The translations under genes and the position numbers were made by a program. Under the pieces are notes generated by a model. It did no database searches. It worked only from the letters and a program-made list of their open reading frames with translations, and was not told the origin of the DNA. Shown here in pieces: positions 1-12,000 of a stretch of 60,000 bases of DNA. The stretch is taken from NCBI GenBank assembly GCA_965235115.1, contig OZ249436.1, positions 20,586,001 through 20,646,000 on the forward strand, written 5' to 3'. The stretch is from Laetmonice hystrix. Taxonomy: Eukaryota. How positions within the stretch are numbered: the stretch's first letter is position 1; every line of letters begins with the position of its first letter.

Positions 1-1630
1 CATGGCAGAGTGGAGGTGGTGAGACACGACCAACAGCAGAAAGGTACGTATCACACACAAGTCTTGAGAAATACTGGGAAAGGATCTTTTTCTGTGGGGT
101 AAATTGATCCTTGCGTTTGTATTTGGCGCGAACAAGTGGTCGAATAGATATAGAACGCCGGTATAGCCGTGCCTGGACGGGCACATGTCTGATAGGTGTA
201 CCCAGCCTAGGCCTATCTCCCTCCATGCTGTGCTGGAGGACGGTGTGCTATATGTAGACGTCTCAAAGCCCGTGACATAGGATCGTAGTATTGTATACAA
301 ACAACAGCTGTATCAGTTGCGACATTGGGTCGATCCCCATCAGTGAACGAGACCAAGATTCACGGCGTCTGCACAGAAATATGGTGGAGTCTGGTGGTGT
401 CTGCCGGCGCGAACGTGGGCGTGGCGGGCTGGGACAGACGCTAGTCACGTGGGTTGGTGGTTGGTGGGGGGGGGCGCATCATAACGCGCCATGTTAGGTC
501 CTCACCACGCTGGAGCACGAGGAGACAACCCGAAAATACCTGACCGATACGGCCGGCCAGTCGGTGCAGAAACGTATAAAATTGGAATAATTTAATGTCA
601 TTTTCGCCCCACCTCGAGGGAAGGGAGTCTGGCTGGCGCTGGAGTAGCGCACTCAGCACGCGTGGGCCCGACGCCTGGAGCTCCCACGGTCCCGAGAGTA
701 CAAACTCCCACACACGAACACAATCGCGTGCTATCGATGGTGCCTCACTTTGCCCGTAAGCGATCAGAAACCGGTATTATAGTTCCATTCTTGAAAGCTC
801 ATCTCTTCTGCATGTTAAGGCCTCCCTTTGATGATGGAGCGACGGGATAATAGCAGAAAATGTGAGAATACTGTTTTATTTGCGGCATTTTTTGCGTGTT
901 ATAGATCTACAGTTATAATTATACAAGTATTATAGGCCGCTATATGCCTATACATGGAGGCATGTAAACATAAATCCGTAAAGTAGGCTACATTCGTGAA
1001 CATTAAAATGCCACCCAAACCTAAAAGGTTTCGTAGACCGATCAGGTTGATCATTTAGTTACGGATTAAAGCAATCATCGACTAGGCCTATATCTCTCAT
1101 TTCAATGACCCCAAAGTCGGTTCATCTCCAGATGAATTTCATTGGCTGTTCAATACAATGCCAGGTCCACGAAATGAACGCTCACAGATCCTGCACGGGA
1201 CCCTGGGTAAGCCGCAGGGGACCAGGCACCGCTTGCCGAACTCAGCCTATTTCTTTTGAGAATCGGGATTTCCCCGTGACACCAGCCGAACTAGTGGTTA
1301 ATCGAAAGACAAACACCCAGCCTACGTTTAAATAAAGAAATATCACTGCTTGACGCCCCTCTTCGATAGGCATAGGCCTACTTTATGACACTGGTGTAGT
1401 AAGCTAACGAGTGAGGTGGCGCGCATGTTCCTATTTAAGCCCACTCGGCACACCGTTCGACCGACTGACGTAATGTCTCGGCTGTACGACGGAGGGCGCC
1501 ATGTTGGGGGTGGGGTGAGTGGGTGGCTCATTCGGCCCACCTCGGGCCTGTCCGGGCCAGATCCTCTCGACCCTCGCACAGTCGTCACCATGTTGGATCT
1601 TCTTTTATCACGTGACACAACGTGGTCAAA

Positions 1631-1657
1631 ATGGCGACGGCCGACACACCGACAAAG
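1631..1657 (+). CDS. Possible short first coding exon (MATADTPTK) of the BTB gene
   Basis: aaaATGGCG start in a CpG-rich promoter-like stretch with TGACGTAA and TCACGTGA motifs; 27 nt ending AAG|gtgaaa, phase 0, compatible with the acceptor at 4278/4279. Inference only. Confidence 0.3.
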
Positions 1658-2200
1658 GTGAAAGACAAGCAGTGTCTGGCTTGTTTAAAAACAGATCTCC
1701 GCTTGATACCTCTGACAAGTGGATTAGACATCAGAGAAAATCTATTTAGGTCTCTATAGATACTTTTTTAGATGTTGACATTCCTATTGGCATTGTTTAT
1801 CGTCAGACGGAGGTCAACGTTTGTCCCACGGACGAGCTGTCTCACTTGGGATTCCCTCGGGATTCCTTCGGGCGTATTACCTCATTTCTTATGTTGATGC
1901 AAGCTAGTAAAGTCGTATGATTTCATAAATACTGCAAAACCGAATGTGTCGCGGCTGCTAAGAACGATCGAGACTGCAAATCTTCGGAAATTATCCATCT
2001 TTCCCGATGAACAATCCCGCGTCAGGCCGAATACCGACGATCTGTGAACTACTTTGCGCCGTTGCGCACTACGCGAGTTGTGATGTGCCCAAACCCGTGG
2101 AATCACTGTTGGCATGCGAGGTCCGAGACCACAACCGGAAGTTGGGCCGAGGTTTTCCGAATGATCCTGCACGGGACCCTGGGTAAGCCGCAGGGGACCA

Positions 2201-2334
2201 GGGGGTGTCTCAATAAGCGCGTCGAACCATCTGACTGGCGACGAACAGTCTGTCGCATGGACATTGGTTGTTGGGCCTACTATTTTTGGTCCGTCGCAGG
2301 TCGGACGGTCCGACGCGCTTATTGAAACACCCCT
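2201..2334. mobile_element. MITE, PIF/Harbinger-like (~27-bp TIRs, CWG target)
   Basis: TIRs GGGGTGTCTCAATAAGCGCGTCGAACC / GGTCCGACGCGCTTATTGAAACACCCC, flanked by CAG and CTG. An empty-site paralogue lies at ~1187-1244. Confidence 0.8.
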
Positions 2335-4278
2335 GGCACCGCTTGCCGAACTCAATTTGATTGCATTAGATTTCTCCATATCTGTGGGTAAACATTTATT
2401 GATTCATAGTCTAACGTCTTATCTAACCTAACATTTTTGGAGTCATTGAAATGAAAGATACTCGCGGTGATTGTTTTAAGGAAAAACTTGCACCCACCCC
2501 ATCCTAGCCCAGACTCGTACAGCCTTCCAGCTGTGTATAAGAAAACTGAATACTAAATACCTCAAGGATGCATTGATTTAATCCATACAGTACCGTGCAT
2601 AAAGCAGTCTTTAGTATGAGCCGGTTGGTAGAATGGTCCGGTAAAGAAAAGAGAAAGAATGGCTTACAGTTCATCCACATATTCCCTTATTATCAGTGAA
2701 ATTCCCTCACTTGGACTGCACTAGCACTGGCATTGGCTCTTAGCGAGGATAGCGTGTGCATAGTGTATTATACAATGTATAGACTACCGGTATATAGGGC
2801 TGGACTGAAAGCACGTGGTTCACCCAGAAATTTCATAAAACAAGTCCTGAATGAGAATTGTATATCTAAGCACACTCCGCCGCCGATAACAGTTACATAA
2901 TGCGCTGATAAAAGGTATATTAGCATATATAGGGGCATAATGCACTCTTTAAGACTGGGTCCAACTCTTCCGATATTGTTTCGAGTAACCATGATTATGC
3001 CCTCGGTTACGCCTCGGATTTATCATCATGGCATTATACCGGCGCCACGTCGCGATGTCATGCATTATTGTTTCTCTCAGAATGATACCTGCCAGCATGT
3101 AAAACAAAACTGCGGCTAGGACATTGACCGAAAGCTGCAGTAAAGTATCTTGACTTATAAAAGTCGAAACAAATGGATCATGTAATAACCTGCCAGGCCG
3201 AGTCCTATGGGATATAAACTAAATGTGGAAGAGATACACCTACAGGCGGAGACTGACGAGTCAACCTGGCACTCCCCTTAAGAATGATATTGTATACAGC
3301 TGGCCACAGCATGCCCGCTTGCTCAGCTAAATCCGACCCAAGCACTACCGGCTGTCTAATGCAGCGCCACGTGGAAGCGACGCAGACCCACCGTTTGGTA
3401 GATATCTATTATGCTATACGGATCAAAGCCTGACAACTGTACCAGCGGGTGGTGTTTAAATTGTATAAATGTTTGCACAGATGCATGTTGTAGCTAAATG
3501 CACAGCAGTGCTGCAAAACGTCGATGTGTACGCCTATACAGTGCCACAAGGCCCCCCGTTCCAAAGTGCCATACCGGTTCATTGTGTGTGGTATAGAAAA
3601 GTGGTATTCTCACCATGTTTCTAAACTATAAAGGCCTATACTTTTTCAATATTCCGCTGGATCAAATGACCTTTTAATATTACCAACGGAATTATTGTGC
3701 GGTGCGACTGTCCGATTAAAAGTAGCTGAACGCTTCAACTCAAACCGTTGTACAAATATAGGCCGCTATATATTCATACGAATCCGAATAAGTAAACGGG
3801 CACTTTGTGTTGCTCACAATTATCAATAGAAATACACATGTATAGATTGTATCAGGCATTGACAAAAAGTAAGAAGAGATTCACCATTGATGTGGAAGCT
3901 TCGCTTCGCAGTATTTTTAATACTATTCCCGGGTAGACTACCCTCAAGTTCACTTGCAAATGAAACTTGTGTAAATTCTTGGTGAACGATAATAATCATC
4001 GCTAATTCTACAGTGATTTGGAAAAACCTAGTAAGTCGAGTTTTTGTCCAATTTGAGTTAGATTCATTTTTGGACTAACTAGGTTTTGCCCTTTCATACA
4101 GTCCTATACAAGTGATGAGAACTCTACGCAATTCATGGTTATTGACCTGGAAAACCCTAGCGTTTGCATGCACCTCAATGGGAGGAATGGTTTGTTTGTC
4201 CCAGTTTTCTCAAAATGAGGCAAAGTGGATTTGCTATAGGTTTTTCCAGATAATGGCGACACGTGATGTTTGTTACAG

Positions 4279-6438
4279 ATGACGGTGTACGGGAAGACGG
4301 CCACGCTCACATATCAGAGCTGCTCCACGTACGAGACGTTGTGTGGGGCCCTGGACGAGCAACGAACGCTGGGAGAGTTCTGTGACGTCAGATTCCTAGT
4401 TCAGGGCGTGGCCGTGATGGCGCACCGGGCGGTGCTGAGCGCGCGAAGCCCTTACTTCCATACCATGTTCACAAGTAACTTCCAAGAAACTGGCCAAGTC
4501 GACATCGACATGTCTCATATATTTTCGGCAGCAGACAACTTCCGCGAGGTCTTGACGTACATGTACCGAGGCAGTATTGAAATATCAGGAGAAACATTCG
4601 AAGAGATCCTCAACGGGGCGTCTCACTTCCTCATGGAGAAACTACGACTCACATGCGCACAATACATGGTCACCAACGCCGGACCACACAACTGCTTCCG
4701 GATGTGGGCTCTTGCTGATCGTTATAACCTTGATAATGTAACCAGCATATGCAAAACCATGGCGAAAAGCCGATTTCATGACAGTATTATATTTTTACAG
4801 GAGACATTAGCTATTCCATCCGAATTCCTCAGGGTTATCATCAAGGAGGGAATAATGGATGCGACGCCAGTGGAGGACAAACTACGGTTTTTAAGACAGT
4901 GGTTGGACTATGACATGAAGGAGAGGGAACCTGTTTTCAAGGAGATCCTGAAGGCCCTTCTGGAGAGAAAATGCCACGGTGACAACAGGCTTCACCCACT
5001 GTGTTCAAGTATAACCCAAAAGTCGTACCTTAACGTGCTGAAGATGGTCGATTACACACTCAGCGGTCTTCAAGTGAGGGGCCCGTCATACATCCCTGCA
5101 GTGGGGCTGGTCGGTATGGTCAAAGAGAAAGGTTCTCAGGTGGGTTGCTCCCGCCTCAAACTTCTGGCATACATCACTGAACTGAGACGCTGGATGATAC
5201 TGGGAGACTTTGAACATGGTCCATCCGTTGTCTGCAAACAGATCATTGGATTCGTGGGACACTTCGCCGTGTTCAAAGGACGGGACAGCGAACGTGTTGT
5301 CCTGGCAAACTTCAAGTCGGGACTCTGTGAAGAACTTCCAGAGGTGCCGTGGGGAACCATGGACAGAATTGGTCCGCTGCCTCAGTTCTTCTGTTACGAC
5401 GACAAGGTTTTCTGTGTCGTCGACTGGGGCAATGCGTTCACACCGAGTAAGTCATCGGCAGGTCGCTCACAATCTGACAATAATTCAAATAACTCAACAG
5501 AAAATGATCCAAACAACCAACGCTTTTATGTTAACCGGCGTTTGTTTAAGTTAGACGTGACAAACCGGTCGTGGTCTATTGTCTGCGACCTGCCAATGAC
5601 GAATGGCAACGCTGTGCACTTTATGAGATACCAACAACGGCAGCAGTCGGGAAAAGTTTACATCTGGGCCGGACAGCGTCGTGCAGATTCTGGCCCAGGG
5701 GCCGAGGGCCCGGGTTGGATGTGTCTGACCAAGGATGGTGCACACTCGTACAAACTGATCCCACTAGCCACACCCCAATCGGATCCACTTAATGGACGTG
5801 CTGTCACCCTCAGCGGCACTGGCAACAAAATTGTTGTCAGTTCTATGGTTTCAGTATCTTCACAGAGAGTTTATGATATTGTTGAAGGGAAGTGGACTCT
5901 GCAGCAAAAAGAAAAATACGTGAAACCGCCATCAGTGGAAAGCTTGCCGTTTGAAGGTCATACCTGTACGACCGTGGAGATGCCCGGTCCATCGTCCTAC
6001 CTCGCCACTGACTACCTCTATTATATGGATATTCTGTGTCCGTGTGTGTCAAAATTTTGGGGATATAATTTAGTTGGCACGGAACGCAAGTGGACAGAAC
6101 TCCCTTCGCCTCCCACTGAAAGGGTAACAAAGTATGTTGCTTGTCATATTCCTGGCGTTGTCATGGCGGGTGCGAAGGCTGCATTCTACATGGATACAGT
6201 CGATGAAGATCTGGGGCCTCTTGCCATGTTTAGTCTTGACGTAGGCGAAGACTGCAAGAAGAGGGTCGGCCCTCTGCACATGTCTGGGTCGGAGACTAAT
6301 TCTGGTGGGAACTCTTCCAGCGGTGACAACAGCCCACGTCGGGATGACTCCAGAATATCGCCTGGAGTCTCTCGACAAGGGACGTCCAGCCCCAATGTTG
6401 TTGGGCCAGTGCTCAACTTTGTGTGGCCATGGTTGTAA
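4279..6438 (+). CDS. BTB/POZ-BACK domain kelch-like protein (~719 aa in this exon), probable CUL3 substrate adaptor
   Basis: BTB signature FCDVRFLVQGVAVMAHRAVLSARSPYFHTMFTSNFQE and BACK-like NCFRMWALADRYNL...EDKLRFLRQWLDYD, followed by a beta-rich propeller-like C-terminal half. The ATG directly follows the acceptor tttgttacag. Confidence 0.9.
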   Translation: MTVYGKTATLTYQSCSTYETLCGALDEQRTLGEFCDVRFLVQGVAVMAHRAVLSARSPYFHTMFTSNFQETGQVDIDMSHIFSAADNFREVLTYMYRGSIEISGETFEEILNGASHFLMEKLRLTCAQYMVTNAGPHNCFRMWALADRYNLDNVTSICKTMAKSRFHDSIIFLQETLAIPSEFLRVIIKEGIMDATPVEDKLRFLRQWLDYDMKEREPVFKEILKALLERKCHGDNRLHPLCSSITQKSYLNVLKMVDYTLSGLQVRGPSYIPAVGLVGMVKEKGSQVGCSRLKLLAYITELRRWMILGDFEHGPSVVCKQIIGFVGHFAVFKGRDSERVVLANFKSGLCEELPEVPWGTMDRIGPLPQFFCYDDKVFCVVDWGNAFTPSKSSAGRSQSDNNSNNSTENDPNNQRFYVNRRLFKLDVTNRSWSIVCDLPMTNGNAVHFMRYQQRQQSGKVYIWAGQRRADSGPGAEGPGWMCLTKDGAHSYKLIPLATPQSDPLNGRAVTLSGTGNKIVVSSMVSVSSQRVYDIVEGKWTLQQKEKYVKPPSVESLPFEGHTCTTVEMPGPSSYLATDYLYYMDILCPCVSKFWGYNLVGTERKWTELPSPPTERVTKYVACHIPGVVMAGAKAAFYMDTVDEDLGPLAMFSLDVGEDCKKRVGPLHMSGSETNSGGNSSSGDNSPRRDDSRISPGVSRQGTSSPNVVGPVLNFVWPWL

Positions 6439-8283
6439 GCGTGCTTGTTATAGTGTTTGAGAGATTATTAAAGAAGTCAGTGTTCGAAAGCTTAGTGAAG
6501 TCGGTTATAGAAAGCAATCACTAAGCTTCTGAGTATAGGCCCTATGTATAGTTGTGCGTTGAGAATAGAAGACGGCTATTGTTATATGAGGTGTCTTTAT
6601 TCCTACTGAATGGTTATAGAATAGCATTCGGAGTATGGCGTTTTCTCATGGCGACATGCTGACCTGGAGAAGACGTGGTTGGCAGCATTCTGTAATGGGG
6701 CCACCAAAGTGCAATAATTTATTGACGATCCTTTGTGCGATTCCAGGGATAGCATGCGTTCATGTTGTTACAGATAGAGTTTATTTAGATACGTGATTCA
6801 GCTTCATGTACCAGAGTGTTAATAAATTATCTTTATATAATTTAAAGAGCCAAAGATTTGTACGTGTTTTTGAGTCCATACAGGATTTCTAGTACGCAAG
6901 CCCATACCTAAACAGTCGTGCGTGTTTTCGTAGAGGACCTAGAGAACTTATAAAGTTGACAGCAACTTTTGTTTATTTCAGGCAATGTATGTCACATGGC
7001 GTGGACCCGATGTGGAGTACACCATGTGCCATGCATGTCAAGACGAAGAAATCGATCAATGCTCCATGGATTGAACCAGGGTTTAGATCGATACTGCTGG
7101 CAGGAGACTGATGTGCTCATATACAGGATGATCCTGTTTATTCATGTGGTGATGATTGCCATCTAGAGAGGTAAAACCATCCAGGCCATGCAGAAAATCG
7201 TACTTAACACCCCAGTCTATGTGCTAGTTTCGATCAGTTTTCACAAGACCTTAAATCAACGACAAAGGCTAGATTTTCCATCGATGTAAGTAAATAAACC
7301 TAATTGCTTGAAAATATGGGAATAACTTAGGTCTTCCGAGGCTGGAAGGCCATTAAAATATAATTTTTCCTGCATTAGGGATTTATTATTTATCACAACT
7401 GAAGGTCATACTGGTGCAAAGGTTAACAGCCCCCCCCCCTTCACACACACACCTATCTGCCAGCCTGATTTTAGCATGCGCCAACAGGAGCTAACTGACA
7501 CATATTCTCGGCAGACCCACGCACATTTTAACGGGTCGATGTATGTGTCGTGTCATGTTTTCTTCACTGCACCTTATCGATTTCGTCAATATTAAAGTTA
7601 CTAACACACTGTCCATTACTATAGCAGCCAGATGCCCACGATAGATCTATACACAGTTGTACATGTATGTGAGGCAGGCTGGTACCACTGAACAATGCAT
7701 TAGATGCATCAATCTGACTAAAACAGGTGCATATATTTATTTATATGCTTGCGATCAGTCCTTTGATCCAACAATGGCACTAGTCACTCCAAAGGAAGAA
7801 AGATTCATTCAAATCAGCCGAGTCCTGAATATTAATTTTATCGTCAATTTCTACTCACCAAATGACATTTGAAAGAGACTTCTTAGCTGTGGCGCTTCCA
7901 GACGACTGGAGATCGACTGGTTTACATTACAACTGCACCATCACTCGAGTTAAAGCTGATTGTAATCGGTCAAAGACTGTCTTGACTTGTACACCAATAC
8001 TTGTCACATGCAAAGCGGGTTCCTTACATGAATTCTCCCCAATATATCACGACTCAGGTGCAACCGTTACAACCTAAGGTCAAGCTGGATAATAGCAGTG
8101 AGACAAACATACACTTCTTGTAGGCCTCGGATCTACACTATACAAGTACCCGAACCTACAGAGATATATAACATAGGGGCCTACAGGAAATCAGTGTTGA
8201 CCATTCACTTGACAATATGTACCATATAGATGAGACGACCCTGCCTCTGTGTTTATATGTCCGCTGATTGGAAGGAGGGATGT

Positions 8284-8992
8284 AGGTTATATGAGAAAAG
8301 GCAATTACTGCTTCTCGTGCCCCTGCGTTTCGTCAACAATGAGGTGGTCTCTATGGTAGACGCCAGTATTTAGGTCAGTAACTCTTTAAGTCAATTGTTC
8401 TCCCCAGAGGAGGGACGGTTTACTTGGCATCAGAATTAACCAAGACCAACGAACACAAAGAACAGTTGTGAGAGATGGGCCTGGAGCGGCCTCGTCCCCG
8501 GGGAGATTATAGATCGGTCGATGATTAACGGGCACCATGCCGACCGCACGGAGGCGGGCAAGAGCTGCGTCTAATCGGGAACGGACACAGTATCACTTCC
8601 AGCGTCTACTTCTTCTTCTTCTTCATGTTCCTCCAGGACCCAGCACATTACTCATTGCGTGTCAGCCGGCAGGAGTTATAGTCTTAGCCAATTTGGTTTA
8701 AAAAAAATTATAAAGATAGAGATGGGGAAAACAAATCAAGCGTCTTGCTAATTAAGGCATAATTAACGGTTGCCATCCCCATAAACCTATAGGCCTATAG
8801 CTCTTGTTGCAAAAAGTGTGCACTACACTTGGGTTGGGTTTTACAACACCGTATATGACCGATTTTCAAGACAAGAGGTTATATGAGAAAAGGCAATTAT
8901 TGCTTCTCGTGCCGCTGCGTTTCGTCAAGAATGGGGTGGTCTCTATGGCAGTATTTAGGTCAGTAACTCTTTTAAGTCAATTGTTCTCCCCA
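8284..8992. repeat. Direct duplication of ~120 bp (about 8284-8405 and 8876-8992) in the TMEM26 3' region
   Basis: Both copies read GGTTATATGAGAAAAGGCAATTA.TGCTTCTCGTGCC.CTGCGTTTCGTCAA...GTCAATTGTTCTCCCCA. Confidence 0.85.
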
Positions 8993-9052
8993 AGTCAATT
9001 GTTCTTGAAAACCAGCCAGAGATGGACACAGCAATATCTGACCGGTCCAACT

Positions 9053-12000
9053 TCAAAAGTCCTCACCCAAGACATCTTCAAGTTTTTCATCTCTGTCACC
9101 AACGTCAACTTTAGCAGTCGGTCTGGGTGACTGTCCACGTGTCGATGGCTGCTTGCTCTCGCTTCCTTCCGTCACGACACTTGTATCTGCGCTTTTGTCA
9201 TTCTGGGGGCAACTAAGGACGCAGATACGATAGATCTGTAGGCCGATGACTAGAGCGTTCTTGAAGGTGAAGAAGAGGACATTGTAGGACAGCAGTTTAT
9301 ATCTGATCATCACATACATACGTAGGCAGAAGAAAGGAAGGTCCTGAAGACACACCGTGGTGAGAATGGCCCACGTTTCCTTCTCACAACAGCCAAGCCT
9401 ACAACATGTCGACTCTCTCGCTCTGCTGGTCCTCTCGGTCAATGTATGGGTACCCACAACCCTGGTTTTCCTGGCCTGTGTCACTGTCAGTACCAGAGTA
9501 TACTGGAACAGGCTCAGGGACCATGCACCTAAAATCATATAGTTCAGTACCTTGTTGCAGAGCACGTTTTGCTCCTCAAAGAGAACGAAGATTTCCGTGA
9601 TGTCCGAGGCGATGCCGATGTAAACAAAGAGGAGCTGAGAGAGCTGGTCTCGGGAAATGTCACCCTTTGGAAGAATCCATCTGCCAATGATGAGTAAGAA
9701 CAGCAATGTCTGTTCGATGGCAAGCACCCACATCTCTTCACTGAGGGCTTTAAACTGGTCGAGATTAAGCTGAAACTGAAAGAGAACCAATCGGCATGTT
9801 TAGACTTACTTTAATATTGCCCTTCTGGTCAGAAAGAGGGAGTTATAGAGACGGGTATATCTGCAATCTTCTGGAATAGGTCATTTACAAAATGTTACCA
9901 CAGACTTATAGCACGTTGGGCTTCGATGAATAGAATCAGCTTTGGTGGATAACAAGATGGCCACATGGAGGGAGTCAGGTCAGTCAGGCAACATGGTGTC
10001 CAGACCGCATCGATTCGATCCAACCTGCCACTTGAAATTTTCAGACCCCGGTAGGCATATGTCTTCTCGATCTATAATCATATCATATCATATGTAAAAC
10101 GCTCACATTGTTCAGAAATAGACACTTACCCCGTAAAGACCGATAGCCGGGTCATTCCTCTGTGATTTTACGGGGTATATTAAGGCCCCTTTGTCAGCGA
10201 GACTCTTCAATTTCAGCAGCCATATTGCAGGTACGACAGTACACAAATACAGGAGGACAGACGGGCAAAACCTACAATGATGATCACATAGTAATGGCAT
10301 GGACATAGGAGTCAATCGTTTACCGTTTTGGTGGAAAGGCAATCGCGAGTTTAATGAACTTCCCCCATAACAAGCCTTTCAAGCCGAGTGGCATTTTAAT
10401 TTTTTTTACGGAGTGTCTACTGCCAAAGTACTTTGGGTGGAAGACGACCAAAGCGCTATTGTCAAAGTACCAATCAGAAGCTTTGTTACATATGACCTAG
10501 ATTTTTTGGCGCCAAGACTAGGACCAGGAGGTGCCATCTTGACTAGTCCTGCTATAATGAAGCTGGGTGACACGTTTCCAACGGACCATAGCTTTTCTGA
10601 GGCATTTGACCAGTACAAGCAGGGTCAGAATGTTGTTTATCACATATACGCCTCAGAAACTGTGAAGACGTATCTACAAAAACACCCAGGAAGACAAGAC
10701 ATACGGATCCCAGAGGGGATAAGGTTAGTTCATTTCTACATTATTTGACATGATTAACGGTAACTCAGAGCGAAGTTAAAATCATTTTGCCATGATTGTT
10801 ACAGGGGTGCAACAAGGCCAGACCTTAGCTATTACAGATGTGATTATGATACGCCCTACCCCTTGCTGCCACAGTACTTTGGCAATAACAATGCAGCCTA
10901 ACGCCTTGCCCCTTGCTGCCACAGTACTTTGGCAATAGCAATGCAGCCTTAAGCCCTACCCCTTGCTGCCACAGTACTTTGGCAATAACAATGCAGCCTA
11001 ACGCCCTACCTCTTGCTACCACATTACTTTGGCAATAACAATGCAGCCTAACGCCCTGCCCCTTGCTGCCACAGTACTTTGGCAATAACAATGCACCCTA
11101 ACCCCCTACCCCTTGCTGCCACAGTTACTTTGGCAATAACAATACAGCCTAACCCACTGCCCGTTGCTGCCACAGTACTTTGGCAATAACAATGCAGCCT
11201 AACCCCCTACCCCTTGCTGCCACAGTTACTTTGGCAATAACAATACAGCTTAATCCCCTGCCCCTTGCTGCCACAGTACTTTGGCAATAACCATGCAGCC
11301 TAACGCCCTGCCCCTTGTTGCCACAGTACTTTGGCAATAACAATGCAGCGTAACGCCCTGCCCCTTGCTGCCACAGTACCTTGGCAATAACAATACAGCC
11401 TTTAGCCCTACCCCTTGCTGCCACAGTACTTTGGCAATAACAATGCAGCCTAACCCCCTACCCCTTGCTGCCAAAGTTACTTTGGCAATAACAATACAGC
11501 CTAACCCACTGCCCCTTGCTGTCACAGTACTTTGGCAATAACCATGCAGCCTAACCCCCTACCCCTTGCTGCCACAGTTACTTTGGCAATAACAATACAG
11601 CCTAACCCTCTGCCCCTTGCTGCCACAGTACTTTGGCAATAACAATAGAGCCTAACGCCCTACCCCTTGCTGTCACAGTACCTTGGCAATAACAATACAG
11701 CCTAACGCCTTGCCCCTTGCTGCCACAGTACCTTGGCAATAACAATACAGCCTAACTCCTTGCCCCTTGCTGCCACAGTACTTTGGCAATAACAATGCAG
11801 CCTAACCCCCTACCCCTTGCTGCCACAGTACCTTGGCAATAACAATGCAGCCTAACCCCCTACCCCTTGCTGCCACAGTACCTTGGCAATAACAATACAG
11901 CCTAACCCCCTGCCCCTTGCTGCCACAGTACTTTGGCAATAACAATGCAGCCTAACCCCCTACCCCTTGCTGCCACAGTACCTTGGCAATAACAATGCAG

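Larger units (their letters stand above)
1070..2475. mobile_element. Putative Kolobok-like non-autonomous DNA element (degenerate TIRs, TTAA flanks)
   Basis: Left end TTAA|AGCAATCATCGA...TATCTCTCATTTCAATGACCCCAAA (1066-1115) is an imperfect inverted copy of the right end TTTGGAGTCATTGAAATGAAAGATA...GGTGATTGTT|TTAA (2436-2479). TTAA flanks with RR-starting termini are typical of Kolobok. Could be two fragments of one family rather than a single insertion. Confidence 0.45.

Noticed and set aside
1882..2379. 165-aa minus-strand ORF
   Set aside because: It runs across a MITE and repeat-derived sequence, starts at a non-ATG codon and has no recognisable domain.
4102..4190. Candidate upstream coding exon of the BTB gene
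   Set aside because: It has a good acceptor, but its likely donor gives phase 1, which is out of frame with the main exon; it may be 5' UTR.
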